From Candidatus Woesearchaeota archaeon (GTDB taxonomy: Archaea > Nanobdellota > Nanobdellia > Woesearchaeales > JAZDKJ01): a DNA stretch of 64,000 nucleotides. Below the pieces are notes generated by a model, which made no database searches, was not told the origin of the DNA, and was given only the letters and a program-made list of their open reading frames with translations. The position numbers and the translations under genes were made by a program. Location of the stretch: the NCBI GenBank assembly GCA_043803105.1, contig JAZDKJ010000006.1:352001-416000 (forward strand). The letters are read 5' to 3'. Below, piece by piece: positions 38,894 to 48,747 of the stretch; within the stretch, counting starts at the first letter, position 1; each line of letters starts with the position of its first letter.

Positions 38894-39880
38894 TTGTATT
38901 TGCAGCTGGGTATGGATGCGTCAAACGAATACTATGCTTTTGTTATCACTTCATGCCGTGGCAATCGCCTCAAGGAGTTTTGCCTGACACCTGCGAAGCG
39001 CCTTGTCACCTCACGCGTTTGTGTCAAAGCAAGCTTGGTTGACTACCAACATAAGCTTGCAGCTCGAGCTGTCTATAATTATAGGGTCGGAGATTCTGTT
39101 CTTGTACCGAGTGCAAGCATAGACAGTTTGACTGACGTTGTCAGCGAGTCCTGGGATGAATTCGTTGTGAATCTTGGGCCATGTTTGAAAAAGGGTGACC
39201 ATGTCCAGGCGCCAGGGCATAAAACTTCTCGTGGTTACCATCAGAGCAATTCAGACATAAAGTCAGTTTTTCACACCTCGGTTTCGTTTGGTGGCCTTGA
39301 TTTGTACTGCAGTCTTTTGCTCAAGAATACAAAGATTACAGAGGTCATCGAGACTAGGCAGCCCTTCGATTGCCGAGTTAAGAAAGTGGCTAAGTCAAAG
39401 AACATCGAGCACGGCACAGTTGTTGTTGCAGAGCCTGTTGACGAGAACCTCAAATACAAGGGCAATGAAGTTTTTGTCGCGAATATGGGAGGTTTTTTCG
39501 TGCGTGATGGCAAGGCTTATAATGGCTTGGCGGAATCGCTGACTCCTACCTTTTTGCATATGAAATACCCTGCCCTTGAAAGAGTCAACACTTATGTTCT
39601 TGTTGATAAAGAAGATGACTCCGCATTCCATGCGGCAAAAGGGGTCTATATTCTTGAGAATTGTGGGGTCACAGTGCTCAAGGAAAATTTAAACGATGAG
39701 GAACTGAGATATTTTTTGCATTTTTTGCAGGAGATGTTTACCTTGCACAAAGGAAGGGATCATCCGTTTGTTGTGGTGCGTAACTGTCCAGCATACAAGG
39801 AGCCTGAACATCTCTTGGAGCATTTTGGTTTTGATGCAGTGCGGCTGAGCCCGACCAAGTATTCTGATGTGTTCTATTAG
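38894..39880 (+). CDS. Hypothetical protein
   Basis: 328-aa ORF, beta-rich N-terminal part; no recognised motif. Confidence 0.55.
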   Translation: MYLQLGMDASNEYYAFVITSCRGNRLKEFCLTPAKRLVTSRVCVKASLVDYQHKLAARAVYNYRVGDSVLVPSASIDSLTDVVSESWDEFVVNLGPCLKKGDHVQAPGHKTSRGYHQSNSDIKSVFHTSVSFGGLDLYCSLLLKNTKITEVIETRQPFDCRVKKVAKSKNIEHGTVVVAEPVDENLKYKGNEVFVANMGGFFVRDGKAYNGLAESLTPTFLHMKYPALERVNTYVLVDKEDDSAFHAAKGVYILENCGVTVLKENLNDEELRYFLHFLQEMFTLHKGRDHPFVVVRNCPAYKEPEHLLEHFGFDAVRLSPTKYSDVFY

Positions 39881-39902
39881 CCAGTCAATTTGATGACTGG
39901 CT
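39879..39902. terminator. Hairpin between convergent genes
   Basis: AGCCAGTCA-ATTTGA-TGACTGGCT. Confidence 0.4.
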
Positions 39903-39938
39903 GCAGTGTATCGAATCCTGGGTTAAATTGTTGAATAA

Positions 39939-40592
39939 TCAACCGAAGAAATCTATAATGCTCTTGCGTGTTATCCTTCTTATCTTCCTTTCTATCTCCT
40001 CAGCATTTTCAAATTCCTTTTCCTTTTCCTTGAAAACCCTTGAGTGATAGAGGTTGCTCTTGGTGTTTGCCTTGTATTGCAGCTTCTTATGCAATAGTTC
40101 GTGATACATTACATAATCAATTGCATCATCCCCGACCTTTCTCAGTATAGGACTTATGCTTATAGTGTTTGTGTGAAAGTTATAGCTACCCAATGTTCTC
40201 CTTGAGCCTTTTCCGAACAAGAGATTTGGTGCCTCCATCAATCCATAGAAATACTTTTTGTTAACCCGAAAGAAAGAATCAACCAATATTGGGTCCATCC
40301 GTGTTGCCGGAACCACTGTTCCAAGGTTTTTGATAAAGTGGTGATACAAGTCGATGTTAGTGCTTTTTGCAGGCTTTTTGAAAACCTTCACGAGCAGGCT
40401 CTGTACCAACCCTATCTGGATGTCTTCGCTCACAGTCTTCCATTTCGAGCTCAATTGCATACTCAAGCTGCTTCTAGAAAATCTTACCCTTGCATTGTAC
40501 GCCTTAAGCCGTCCGTATTCAAGCTTTGTTTCATAACCGGCAAGCTCTTTGTGATAGAGTCCTGAAAATGCTGCTTTGATTAGGTCGCTCAT
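39939..40592 (-). CDS. SprT/YgjP-like zinc metalloprotease
   Basis: DYVMYHELLH...HSRVF. Confidence 0.8.
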   Translation of the reverse strand: MSDLIKAAFSGLYHKELAGYETKLEYGRLKAYNARVRFSRSSLSMQLSSKWKTVSEDIQIGLVQSLLVKVFKKPAKSTNIDLYHHFIKNLGTVVPATRMDPILVDSFFRVNKKYFYGLMEAPNLLFGKGSRRTLGSYNFHTNTISISPILRKVGDDAIDYVMYHELLHKKLQYKANTKSNLYHSRVFKEKEKEFENAEEIERKIRRITRKSIIDFFG

Positions 40593-41689
40593 CCCTGCAA
40601 TTCATACCTTAGGATTGCTGCCACTTTGCCAAGGTCTCGCAATTGTACCCCTTCTCTTGTCTCTGTGGAGATTATCTTTACTTCGCTTCCCATCTCCTGC
40701 GCCTTTTTGTCTAGTTCTGTCACAGTGTTCTCGTCAAGCGCGTCTGACACAAGTAGTGTGTTTACCATCCCTATCTCCAGGGCATGGCGTACTTCCTTTA
40801 GCCCATAGGCGACCATTCCTTGCTTTGTTGCTAGTAATTCAAAGAACCTTGCCATTATCTTTTTCTCGTCAGCTATTTCCTCATTTGCTAGCACATCCTG
40901 GCTTTTGTCAAGAAGTTCCTGAAGCCCGAAATCCCCAGTATAGGATAAGTCCTTTATAGCGATTATCTTTTTCTTCACCTCGTTTGTGATAAAATCTCCG
41001 TCAACAAACTCATATTTTGTTGGCCCAGGCCCTCCCACAAGTATTCCCTTTATTTCGCTCTTCCCAAGGAATGCGTCTTTTGCCATCTCCCCAATCTTTT
41101 GGTAGAATTCCTTCGCTGAATCCTCCCTTATCCTCATGAATCTTGCTGCTGATTGCCCTCCTGCCCTTGTCTTTCCAGGAACGTTTGATTTGGCAGAAGC
41201 GATTGGTATTATGCTTTTTCCTTTGAGCATTGCCACATCTCCATCGCGCCTATCCAAGACTATCATACCGAAAGCGTCCTTGATATCAGTCATGTCCCTC
41301 AGCAAGTCAAGCACGAATTCCTTGTCGCACCTGTAAATCCTTGTTTTAAGCGGCTCTGGGGGCTCAATGCTCCACACCCTGAAATCTTGCCCTCCCTCCC
41401 GTTCTGATACGTTTCCGGAAAAAACCGCCAATCCATCGGGAGGTGTTCTCTTGAAAAGCTTAAGGTGCTGTATCATTTTTTCCAGCGCATCCTGCACATT
41501 CTTGCGTGTTGCTGAAGACTTTATGTTTGACGCAGTGCCCTGCTCCTGAGAAAGATGGTTTATTATCTTGTTCAAGTCATAGTCTGCTGGCACGTAAACG
41601 CTCACAAGCTCAGTGTGCCTACCCTTGTATTTTTCCAGTTCCTTCACAAACTTCTGAAGGTCATATCTTTGTTTTGCAGTTAATGTCAT
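40589..41689 (-). CDS. prf1: Peptide chain release factor aRF1
   Basis: ASNIKS, YRCD, GGQSAARF. Confidence 0.97.
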   Translation of the reverse strand: MTLTAKQRYDLQKFVKELEKYKGRHTELVSVYVPADYDLNKIINHLSQEQGTASNIKSSATRKNVQDALEKMIQHLKLFKRTPPDGLAVFSGNVSEREGGQDFRVWSIEPPEPLKTRIYRCDKEFVLDLLRDMTDIKDAFGMIVLDRRDGDVAMLKGKSIIPIASAKSNVPGKTRAGGQSAARFMRIREDSAKEFYQKIGEMAKDAFLGKSEIKGILVGGPGPTKYEFVDGDFITNEVKKKIIAIKDLSYTGDFGLQELLDKSQDVLANEEIADEKKIMARFFELLATKQGMVAYGLKEVRHALEIGMVNTLLVSDALDENTVTELDKKAQEMGSEVKIISTETREGVQLRDLGKVAAILRYELQG

Positions 41690-41849
41690 GATTCAAACTA
41701 ACTTATCAGGGTATTTAAAAATTGTGTTGTGTTCATGCCTGCAAAAAGCTGCCTTGCCAGTCAGATTGACAGGCTCAGGCAAAAAGCATTAACTTTATAA
41801 ATCACTGGTCGGCTCTGTACAATAATCAAGGAGCAGTACACTTGACCTT

Positions 41850-41931
41850 ACAATCATTGGGGCTGCGGGGGAGCTGCGAAGTCAGCTCGCACCTTCGTGG
41901 GACATAAAGTCCCCCTGACATCACAATCAAT
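41850..41931 (+). repeat. Duplicated tRNA-Pro(TGG) 5' end plus hairpin leader
   Basis: 41850-41870 vs 41923-41943 19/21 identical; GAGCTGCGAAGTCAGCTCGCACCTT; GGGAC-ATAAA-GTCCC. Confidence 0.8.
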
Positions 41932-42048
41932 GGGGCTGTGGGGTAGCTTGGTCTAGCCTATCTGGTTTGGGGCAATGCAAAAAACCAGATGACCCCGGTT
42001 CGAAAGTTTTATAAAAGGCTGATTAACTCGAAAATCCGGGCAGCCCCA
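41932..42048 (+). tRNA. tRNA-Pro(TGG) with two introns (~12 nt anticodon loop, ~30 nt T-loop)
   Basis: GGGGCTG...TCTGGTTTGGG[..]ACCAGATGACCCCGGTTCGAA[..]TCCGGGCAGCCCCA. Confidence 0.92.
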
Positions 42049-42052
42049 CTCA

Positions 42053-42146
42053 TGTTCGTGGTTGGTCTTCCCAATGGGAAGACGCACCCTTTAGGGTGCC
42101 GATGCAGTCAACAGGCATTTCTGTTGATCCGGGCCGCCCCCACTCA
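42053..42146 (+). repeat. Hairpin trailer plus duplicated tRNA-Pro 3' end
   Basis: ATCCGGGCCGCCCCCACTCA (42127-42146) vs ATCCGGGCAGCCCCACTCA (42034-42052), three palindromes between. Confidence 0.75.
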
Positions 42147-42198
42147 GTTTTGTTGGCTAAAAACATGGGAAAACGCTGCACAAAGGGCAATTCGCAAA

Positions 42199-42507
42199 AT
42201 GGGAGAAAAACAATTCGGTTCAATCAAGAGGTTTGGAGCAAGGTACGGTCGTACTGTCAAACATAACCTCGCAAAGATAGAGGAAGGATTAAGGAATTTC
42301 CAGAAGTGCCCGTACTGTTTTGCAGTCAAGGTCAAGAGAGTATCTTCTGGAGTGTGGCATTGCCGCAAGTGCGATGCCAAGTTTACAGGCAAGGCATATA
42401 TTGTTTCAGGCAAGCTAAAACCTATTGTCCTTGCAAAACCTATCGAGGAAGTTGATGAGGAGATGTCTTTAGGGAAAAAGAAGGAAAAGGTTTCTGAGGA
42501 AGAATGA
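42199..42507 (+). CDS. rpl37ae: 50S ribosomal protein L37Ae
   Basis: RFGARYG..CPYC..VKR..GVWHCRKC..FTGKAY; start moved to ATG 42199. Confidence 0.95.
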   Translation: MGEKQFGSIKRFGARYGRTVKHNLAKIEEGLRNFQKCPYCFAVKVKRVSSGVWHCRKCDAKFTGKAYIVSGKLKPIVLAKPIEEVDEEMSLGKKKEKVSEEE

Positions 42508-42641
42508 CAAAATACAAGTGTTTTAATTGCAATAAAAGGGTGAGCGAGGAGTATGTAGGCAAAAGGGTTAGATGCCCTTATTGCGGAAGCAAGATGCTGT
42601 TTAAGCCTCGCAGCGTGCTGACCAAGGTCAAAGCCCGATAA
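42504..42641 (+). CDS. rpoP: RNA polymerase subunit P, not in ORF track
   Basis: MTKYKCFNC...RVRCPYCGSKMLFKPR...VKAR; conserved position after L37Ae. Confidence 0.92.
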   Translation: MTKYKCFNCNKRVSEEYVGKRVRCPYCGSKMLFKPRSVLTKVKAR

Positions 42642-42988
42642 TGAAAATTGACAAGGATGTTGAGCAGAAGATTAAGCGCCTTCAGCTCTATGAACAAAAC
42701 ATGCAGGCGCTTGCTTCACAAAAGCAGCAGTTCCAAAACCAGCTTGTTGAGATTGAATCAGCATTGGCTGAGCTGGAAACCGCAGAAGTCTCGTACAAAA
42801 TCATAGCAAATATCATGGTGAAGTCAGAGAAGCCCGCATTGAAGGCTGAGCTGGAGCAGAAAAAGGAGATGCTCGAGCTTCACATCAAGACCCTGGACAA
42901 ACAAGAGTCCAGCATTCGCGACAAGTCAAAGCAGATTCAGCAGGAAGTTCTAGGCACGATCAAAAATGAAGAAGACAAACCCAAGTGA
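42641..42988 (+). CDS. pfdB: Prefoldin beta subunit
   Basis: Coiled coils around ALAELE...YKIIANIMVK hairpin; conserved synteny. Confidence 0.9.
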   Translation: MKIDKDVEQKIKRLQLYEQNMQALASQKQQFQNQLVEIESALAELETAEVSYKIIANIMVKSEKPALKAELEQKKEMLELHIKTLDKQESSIRDKSKQIQQEVLGTIKNEEDKPK

Positions 42989-43220
42989 TCTGGAGCTCAT
43001 TTTCTTAGCACTCCAAGAGTTGATTGATGATACAACTGTTCCCAGGAACGTTAAGTCAAAGGTTGAGGCAGTGCAAAAGATTTTGAAGGAAGAATGCGGG
43101 CTGTCCACCCGAGTAAACAAGGCCTTGAACGAGCTGGAGGAGATTGCTAACGACACGAACATGCAGGCTTACACAAGAACCCAGCTCTGGAATGTTGTCA
43201 GCCTTCTTGAAAAGCTTTAG
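42966..43220 (+). CDS. UPF0147 family protein
   Basis: DTTVPRNV...LEEIANDTNM..YTRTQLWNVVSLLE. Confidence 0.88.
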   Translation: MKKTNPSDLELIFLALQELIDDTTVPRNVKSKVEAVQKILKEECGLSTRVNKALNELEEIANDTNMQAYTRTQLWNVVSLLEKL

Positions 43221-43752
43221 ATAATGTAGCGTTCGGAACATAAATCTTATCTCCAGTTTCTGTTTCTATGAGTGTCTCTGTCATTCCTATGTGCTCAAGC
43301 CTTCCGTGCAATCCCTTGAGCCTTAGCCTTTTGCCTTTGGCTGGATATTTCTTCTTGAGTTTAAACCCTGCTACCAGGTTTGGAAAAAAACTTCTTAGTC
43401 CAAGGAATGTTGAGATGATTAAGATTATCAGGAGTGCTGAGGCGCTCAAGAACAATACCGGCCTTGTCAGGCCTAACTGGTTTAATGCTGCTATGATTGC
43501 AATGAAGTAAATGGTTAAGGTGCACAATGTTCCTATGAGAGCATCTGGCGCCACCTTCAGGTGCATTTTCTTCGACAATGTTTTCAGCTCTGCCTCTTTG
43601 AGTATCCTTTGTACAAGCCTTCCCACCACCTTGCCTACTATGATGCCTATAAGTATTATGAGCACAGCAAGGACCATTCGTGCTAAAATGCCCGAGAATA
43701 TTCTTGTGACCCATGGAAACTGGGTTATTGCAAGGAGTTCAGCTTCTGCCAT
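43198..43752 (-). CDS. Short MscS-like mechanosensitive channel protein
   Basis: TM helices, NLVAG, G....IG...T.I....G..IYVPN. Confidence 0.75.
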   Translation of the reverse strand: MAEAELLAITQFPWVTRIFSGILARMVLAVLIILIGIIVGKVVGRLVQRILKEAELKTLSKKMHLKVAPDALIGTLCTLTIYFIAIIAALNQLGLTRPVLFLSASALLIILIISTFLGLRSFFPNLVAGFKLKKKYPAKGKRLRLKGLHGRLEHIGMTETLIETETGDKIYVPNATLSKAFQEG

Positions 43753-43834
43753 GCCTGTTCAAAGCATTTCAAGATTATTTAAAACTTGTGTTGAGACCAA
43801 AACATTTTAATTCTTCGCTGTTAAACTGTGGCTA

Positions 43835-44929
43835 ATGGATGAAATCTCCAGGAATATCCTGCCTCAGAAGATAAAGGAGTTGGAAGACGAGCTCGCCAAG
43901 ACCAAGTACAACAAGCGAACACAGCATGCCATTGGGCTCCTCAAGGCAAAGATTGCCTTATTGAAGGAGAAGCATGAGCAAAAGTCAAAGAAGGGCGGCC
44001 CACTCTATGGCTTTGCTGTAAAGAAGACTGGCGACGCTACCGTAGTTTTTTTCGGCTATCCCTCTGTCGGCAAAAGCACTCTTCTCAATAGGTTGACAAA
44101 CGCAAAGTCAGCTGTTGCAGGTTATGCCTTTACCACAGTATCAGTCATTCCAGGATTGATGGATTACAACAACACCAAGATCCAGCTTCTTGACATCCCG
44201 GGCATTATTGCTGGCGCTGCCACAGGTTCTGGCCGCGGTAGGGAAGTTCTTGCCATTGTCAGGAATGCTGACCTTCTTGTCATTATTGTTGAAGCACTTC
44301 ACACTGAGCAAATCAATATACTAAAGGATGAGTTGTACAGGTCAGGCGTACGGATAAATCAAAAACCTCCTCAAGTGAAGATTACTAATACCATGCAAGG
44401 TGGTATAGTGGTGGATTCTACAATCAAGCTCTCAAAGCTAGGTCGTGATACAATAAGGGATATATTGAGGGAATTCAGGATAATGAACGGACATGTGCTC
44501 ATAAGGGAGGACATCTCTACTGACCAGTTGATTGATGTGCTTACAGCCAATTGCAAATATCTTCCCTGCATCGTTGTGGCAAACAAGAGCGACCTTCTCA
44601 GTCAAAAGCAGCACATCAAGGGTTGCGACCTCATGATTTCTGCAAAGCATGACCCTAGTCTGGAAGAGCTGCGCAAGCTGATTTTTCTAAGACTCGAACT
44701 TATTCGCGTTTTCTGCAAAGAGGCTGGCAAGCCTGCAGATATGCAGGTTCCGCTGATTCTGAAGAAAGGCAGCAATGTTGAGGATGTTTGCCTCAAGCTT
44801 CACAGGGATTTTGTGCCCAGGTTCAAGATTGCCAAGGTCTGGGGGAAGAGCGCTAAGTTCCCTGGCCAGCAGCTTGGTATAAATCATGTTGTGCAAGATA
44901 TGGACATAGTTGAGCTTCATCTGCACTAG
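43835..44929 (+). CDS. DRG/Rbg1 family GTPase with TGS domain
   Basis: GYPSVGKS, YAFTT, DIPG, NKSD, VWGKSAKFPGQ. Confidence 0.93.
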   Translation: MDEISRNILPQKIKELEDELAKTKYNKRTQHAIGLLKAKIALLKEKHEQKSKKGGPLYGFAVKKTGDATVVFFGYPSVGKSTLLNRLTNAKSAVAGYAFTTVSVIPGLMDYNNTKIQLLDIPGIIAGAATGSGRGREVLAIVRNADLLVIIVEALHTEQINILKDELYRSGVRINQKPPQVKITNTMQGGIVVDSTIKLSKLGRDTIRDILREFRIMNGHVLIREDISTDQLIDVLTANCKYLPCIVVANKSDLLSQKQHIKGCDLMISAKHDPSLEELRKLIFLRLELIRVFCKEAGKPADMQVPLILKKGSNVEDVCLKLHRDFVPRFKIAKVWGKSAKFPGQQLGINHVVQDMDIVELHLH

Positions 44930-44959
44930 CTTTAAATACATCCTGCAAACTGCAAAGAC

Positions 44960-46261
44960 TTGATGAAACCAATAACCATAATTGCATTATTGTGCCTTTT
45001 CCTTGTTGCCTGCTCCGTCCAACAGCCTGTACAATCTCCTACAGCCAAGGACCTTGGAGAAAGGCAAGTTAAGACCACCATTCCTGATAAGCAAACTATT
45101 CCCGAAAAGCAGACCATCGTTGCCCTTCCAAACACAAATTTCTCTCTTAGGCAAATTGAGTCTTTGATTTACTCTCTCTCAGCCGTGGACTATGAGTTCA
45201 GCCAAGACCTTACTGATGAGCCAATCGTTTCAGAACTAAGAAAAAAACAGCAATTCCTCGCAATGTCCGAAAATACAAACAAGTTTTTTGTTGTCCAACA
45301 GCTCAAGCAAGGCAAGCTACAGACACTCTCAGATTTCTATAACTTCGAGAAGAGTCCGGATTGGCAGCTTTGGCGTTATTATATTAATGAGACAAAGTGG
45401 CACTGGGCTTACAAGCCACTCAGCCAGAAAGAACTTGCTAGGTTGCTTCCAGGTTATTCCTATTTGTCTTATACTGCTCCCGACTCTGATTGGATTGATG
45501 TGGATATTTTCGAGCAGCCGGTCATGACAAGCCTTGGCCCGATCCTGGAGTACAGGATGTTCTTGACAAAGTATAACCAGTTTGGTTTTGCCCAGGATGA
45601 GTGGCAGCCTGCAGTGATTTTATATAAGGTTCCGTGCTCAGAATCAACAGTCTTTTACCTGAGGCCAAAAAGAGGCCTTGACTTTGGTTATGCTGTGCAG
45701 CTTAACCAGAAAAAGTCTGATTATCTTCACAACTGGGACAGGGAAATCTTAAAAAAACAGCCATTGATGATAAATTATAGTGAATCAATAATGCGTGCCT
45801 GCGGCTTAAACAGATCATCCTTCACCTCCGCAAATCCATCAACTTATGAGGACCATTTTAGTTTGGTAGTGAACAACAAGGTCTATTTCAAGAAGTTGTT
45901 CAATTTTTCAATGGATGCTAGGGTCTCGCTCAGGGAAAAGCCGCCTTATGATGCTTATCACATTGAAGACCTCAATCTGAGTTTTGTCTATTCAGACAAG
46001 TTCATGAGGATCACCGATTATCATGTGAGCGTGAAGATTTTGATCAATGATTCAGGATGGATTAAGGACTATGCTGAGTACCAGATTGTTGGTGACCCTG
46101 TTCCTTTCGGTAGGCAGGTCCAGAGGAATTTCAGTGTCTTCAAGGACATCACTTTTGGCCCTAACGCAACCATTATACTGATTCCCTATCTTGGCACAGT
46201 GGACACTTTTGAGGCATGGCGCTATTATATTGGTGAGCCTATAGCCAGGAAGATAAGCTGA
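44960..46261 (+). CDS. Putative lipoprotein
   Basis: LVAC lipobox; 433 aa. Confidence 0.65.
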   Translation: MMKPITIIALLCLFLVACSVQQPVQSPTAKDLGERQVKTTIPDKQTIPEKQTIVALPNTNFSLRQIESLIYSLSAVDYEFSQDLTDEPIVSELRKKQQFLAMSENTNKFFVVQQLKQGKLQTLSDFYNFEKSPDWQLWRYYINETKWHWAYKPLSQKELARLLPGYSYLSYTAPDSDWIDVDIFEQPVMTSLGPILEYRMFLTKYNQFGFAQDEWQPAVILYKVPCSESTVFYLRPKRGLDFGYAVQLNQKKSDYLHNWDREILKKQPLMINYSESIMRACGLNRSSFTSANPSTYEDHFSLVVNNKVYFKKLFNFSMDARVSLREKPPYDAYHIEDLNLSFVYSDKFMRITDYHVSVKILINDSGWIKDYAEYQIVGDPVPFGRQVQRNFSVFKDITFGPNATIILIPYLGTVDTFEAWRYYIGEPIARKIS

Positions 46262-46309
46262 CGAAAGCATTAAATACGAACCAAGAAACAAGGTTCAAAG
46301 GTGAGATTT

Positions 46310-46537
46310 ATGGCAAAGAAGAATGAATCAAGCAATGACGAGCAAATCGGTTTTCACAAGGGTGCCCTTTCCACACTCGCAAAGGAGCGTGAGGAGATGG
46401 CAAAGATTCTGTCCATTGTCGAGCAGCTTATGCAGATGCACGTCAAGGCTCTAAAGGAACTTGGTGTTGACCTTGCTGCCCAGGCAAAGGAGTTTGAGGC
46501 AAAGCAGAAATCCAAGAAGATTGATGATATGTTATGA
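46310..46537 (+). CDS. Conserved small helical protein
   Basis: EQIGFHKGALSTLAKEREE...H.KAL.ELG; SD GGTGA. Confidence 0.65.
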   Translation: MAKKNESSNDEQIGFHKGALSTLAKEREEMAKILSIVEQLMQMHVKALKELGVDLAAQAKEFEAKQKSKKIDDML

Positions 46538-46923
46538 AGGTTTCTTTTTCTGCTTTTGGCCATCCCAACATCACTGCAACCCACAAGACCACTTTAGAGA
46601 TAACAAGCGATTCTGAAGTCTCAGCTTCAGGAACGTGCATTATCGGAGTTAGGGCAAAGATTCCTGACCTGAGATGTTTTCTTGACAAGCCCTCGATTAT
46701 CATATTGCTCAAGGTAGCTGGACTGGAGGACAAGATAAGATGTGTGCCGAACCCCTCGTTTCAAAGTGATAAAGAGCTGGTTGTTAGGATGGGAGAATTC
46801 AAGTCACCAAGGACATTTGGGTTAAGGGCTGACAAGGCTTCAAGACACATTGACCGGAGGATTGCGCAATTGCTCAAGGATAGTTCAATGCGCCTTCAAA
46901 TTGAGGTGACTGATGAGGCGTAA
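46534..46923 (+). CDS. DUF371 family protein
   Basis: GHPNITATHKTTLEIT...GTCIIGVRA...ADKAS. Confidence 0.88.
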   Translation: MKVSFSAFGHPNITATHKTTLEITSDSEVSASGTCIIGVRAKIPDLRCFLDKPSIIILLKVAGLEDKIRCVPNPSFQSDKELVVRMGEFKSPRTFGLRADKASRHIDRRIAQLLKDSSMRLQIEVTDEA

Positions 46924-47371
46924 GCAGCTCAGTAAGGCAGAGATAAAGGAGTTCGCAGATAAGCTCTGTGCCCTATACCCTGGTTATCAGCTTTCAAAAA
47001 AAGACCAGGTCGAGTTGGTTGACGAGAAGATCATTCTTATCAACAGGCAATCCTCTTTCTTCCTGCGTGAAGGCGTTCCTGTTCCAACTCTCAGGCTGCT
47101 TTTGAAGAATCAATTTCTTAAGACCTTAGTGGTTGATATGGGCGCTGTTGGGTTTGTTGCCGAAGGCGCTGATGTGATGCGGCCAGGAATAGTTGGTTTC
47201 GACAATGACATAACTGAAGGCGAGTTTGTTGCAGTCGTTGACTTGCAGAACCGAAAACCGCTTGCTGTTTGCCAGGCTGTTATGTCCTCAGAACAATTGA
47301 AGTCGACCGGCTCGGGCAAGTCGTGCAAGAACCTGCATCATGTAGGGGATGAGATCTGGTCCGTTACTTGA
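46913..47371 (+). CDS. PUA-domain RNA-binding protein (Tma20/DUF1947-like)
   Basis: PTLRLL, VVDMGA..FV..GADVMRPGI, NLHHVGD.IW. Confidence 0.88.
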   Translation: MRRKQLSKAEIKEFADKLCALYPGYQLSKKDQVELVDEKIILINRQSSFFLREGVPVPTLRLLLKNQFLKTLVVDMGAVGFVAEGADVMRPGIVGFDNDITEGEFVAVVDLQNRKPLAVCQAVMSSEQLKSTGSGKSCKNLHHVGDEIWSVT

Positions 47372-47807
47372 TGCGTCTTGTCTTTGGCACATAGTTCAAT
47401 ATCCTTCCCTGTCTTGCGCTTCCGCAGCCAAGATAATGTTCCTTATGTTTCACGATCACAAATCCGTCCTGGCATTCCTTTTCTAAGTCAAAGCCTTTCA
47501 GCCAGCTCATTTCTTCCTGTTCATTCACTTCAACAATATTTTTTGTTGCGCCTGGGCCTATGATTTGGCTTCCTTCCATTGACAGCCTAAGCCTTTCGTG
47601 TGTTATCTCTCCGAAATAAAGCCCTACAGAATTGATTCGTAGCGCCTTTAGCTCTATCAACCCAAAATCCCGAGTGGTTAGGAAAATCCTTGACTTGTTG
47701 TTCATCAGGAATACGTACTCAAGTTTTGCCTTGAATCCCCATTGGTCTTCAAGGAGCACAGCTATCTTCTTTATTTCATGGGTGTTTAATATACTAAGGT
47801 TGTCCAT
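47364..47807 (-). CDS. NIP7/RsmF C-terminal PUA-like protein
   Basis: SVGLYFG...LRLSMEGSQ.IG..A.KN...LGCG...NYVPK.RR. Confidence 0.7.
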   Translation of the reverse strand: MDNLSILNTHEIKKIAVLLEDQWGFKAKLEYVFLMNNKSRIFLTTRDFGLIELKALRINSVGLYFGEITHERLRLSMEGSQIIGPGATKNIVEVNEQEEMSWLKGFDLEKECQDGFVIVKHKEHYLGCGSARQGRILNYVPKTRRIK

Positions 47808-47811
47808 AATT

Positions 47812-48012
47812 CTATGAGTTTAGCATTCCATCCATTGTGTCATGTACAACTTCCTTGAAAGTCCTGTACTCGTTAGGGTCTATAGCCTTCTGATAGAGCG
47901 CTTCAAGCACAGCACAACCCACAGACATCCCATATTTAATGCTACCTGCTTCAGGAAGCGCTGCCAGCACAGCCACTGAGTTCACTATTGCTGCTTCAAG
48001 GTTTACATCCAT
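47812..48012 (-). CDS. Hypothetical protein
   Basis: 66-aa ORF with upstream TTTAAATA. Confidence 0.4.
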   Translation of the reverse strand: MDVNLEAAIVNSVAVLAALPEAGSIKYGMSVGCAVLEALYQKAIDPNEYRTFKEVVHDTMDGMLNS

Positions 48013-48098
48013 ACAAACCTTTCTCTCAGTGTGATATTTAAATATTTAGTTTCATTCAAACATAAAAGCTTAAATATCCATTTTAACAGTATATCCTT

Positions 48099-48716
48099 AT
48101 GAAGAAGCTGGTTGCCTTTGCCTTTCTCCTTGTCCTTTTGGCCTGCGTTGTGAAAGCTGCAGGAATCTCAGTCACTTATGCCTATATCGAGCTGAACGTG
48201 ACTAATGAGCCTCCGAGCATTGTCTCTCTATCTGTTGGAGACCCTGTGGTGTACGAGGACTCGGAAATTGTCTGCAACGCCACGGCTTTAGACAGGGAAA
48301 ATAATGATATCAATTATCATTATTCTTGGTCTATAAACAATCAGCCTGTTGCAGAAACCGGCCGCGTGTTTCATACCGGAGCGTTAAAGCCAGGCGATTC
48401 TGTGAGTTGCATTGCTGTTCCTTTTGACATGTTTGCAAACGGCACTTCTGCTGTTGCCTCAACAACAATCCAAGACATGCCTGTCGCAGTGAGGGCAGTT
48501 AAGCAAGGTCTCTCCCTTGTTGGAGTTGACGCAAAAGCACAAGCAATCTCTGGAGCTACACAAAGAGGCCTGCTCGCCACAACCGGTTTTGTTGCTGGAC
48601 AGGTTTCTTCAAGCACTGCCGGCTCTGTTGGTTTGCTCCTTGCCATTGTTGCTTTTCTTGTTTTCCTGAACCTTAACCTTGCCCTAAGGTTGAAAAAGAA
48701 GCTTTCTCGGGGTTAG
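48099..48716 (+). CDS. Membrane-anchored Ig-like surface protein
   Basis: Signal peptide, NEPP..C.AT..D....Y.YSW, TG-motif and C-terminal TM. Confidence 0.65.
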   Translation: MKKLVAFAFLLVLLACVVKAAGISVTYAYIELNVTNEPPSIVSLSVGDPVVYEDSEIVCNATALDRENNDINYHYSWSINNQPVAETGRVFHTGALKPGDSVSCIAVPFDMFANGTSAVASTTIQDMPVAVRAVKQGLSLVGVDAKAQAISGATQRGLLATTGFVAGQVSSSTAGSVGLLLAIVAFLVFLNLNLALRLKKKLSRG

Positions 48717-48747
48717 CTTTATAACAACAAGCGCACTGCCAAGATTC

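Noticed and set aside
41989-42198. N-terminal extension of L37Ae in the ORF track
   Set aside because: Runs through tRNA-Pro and its hairpin trailer; the real start is ATG 42199
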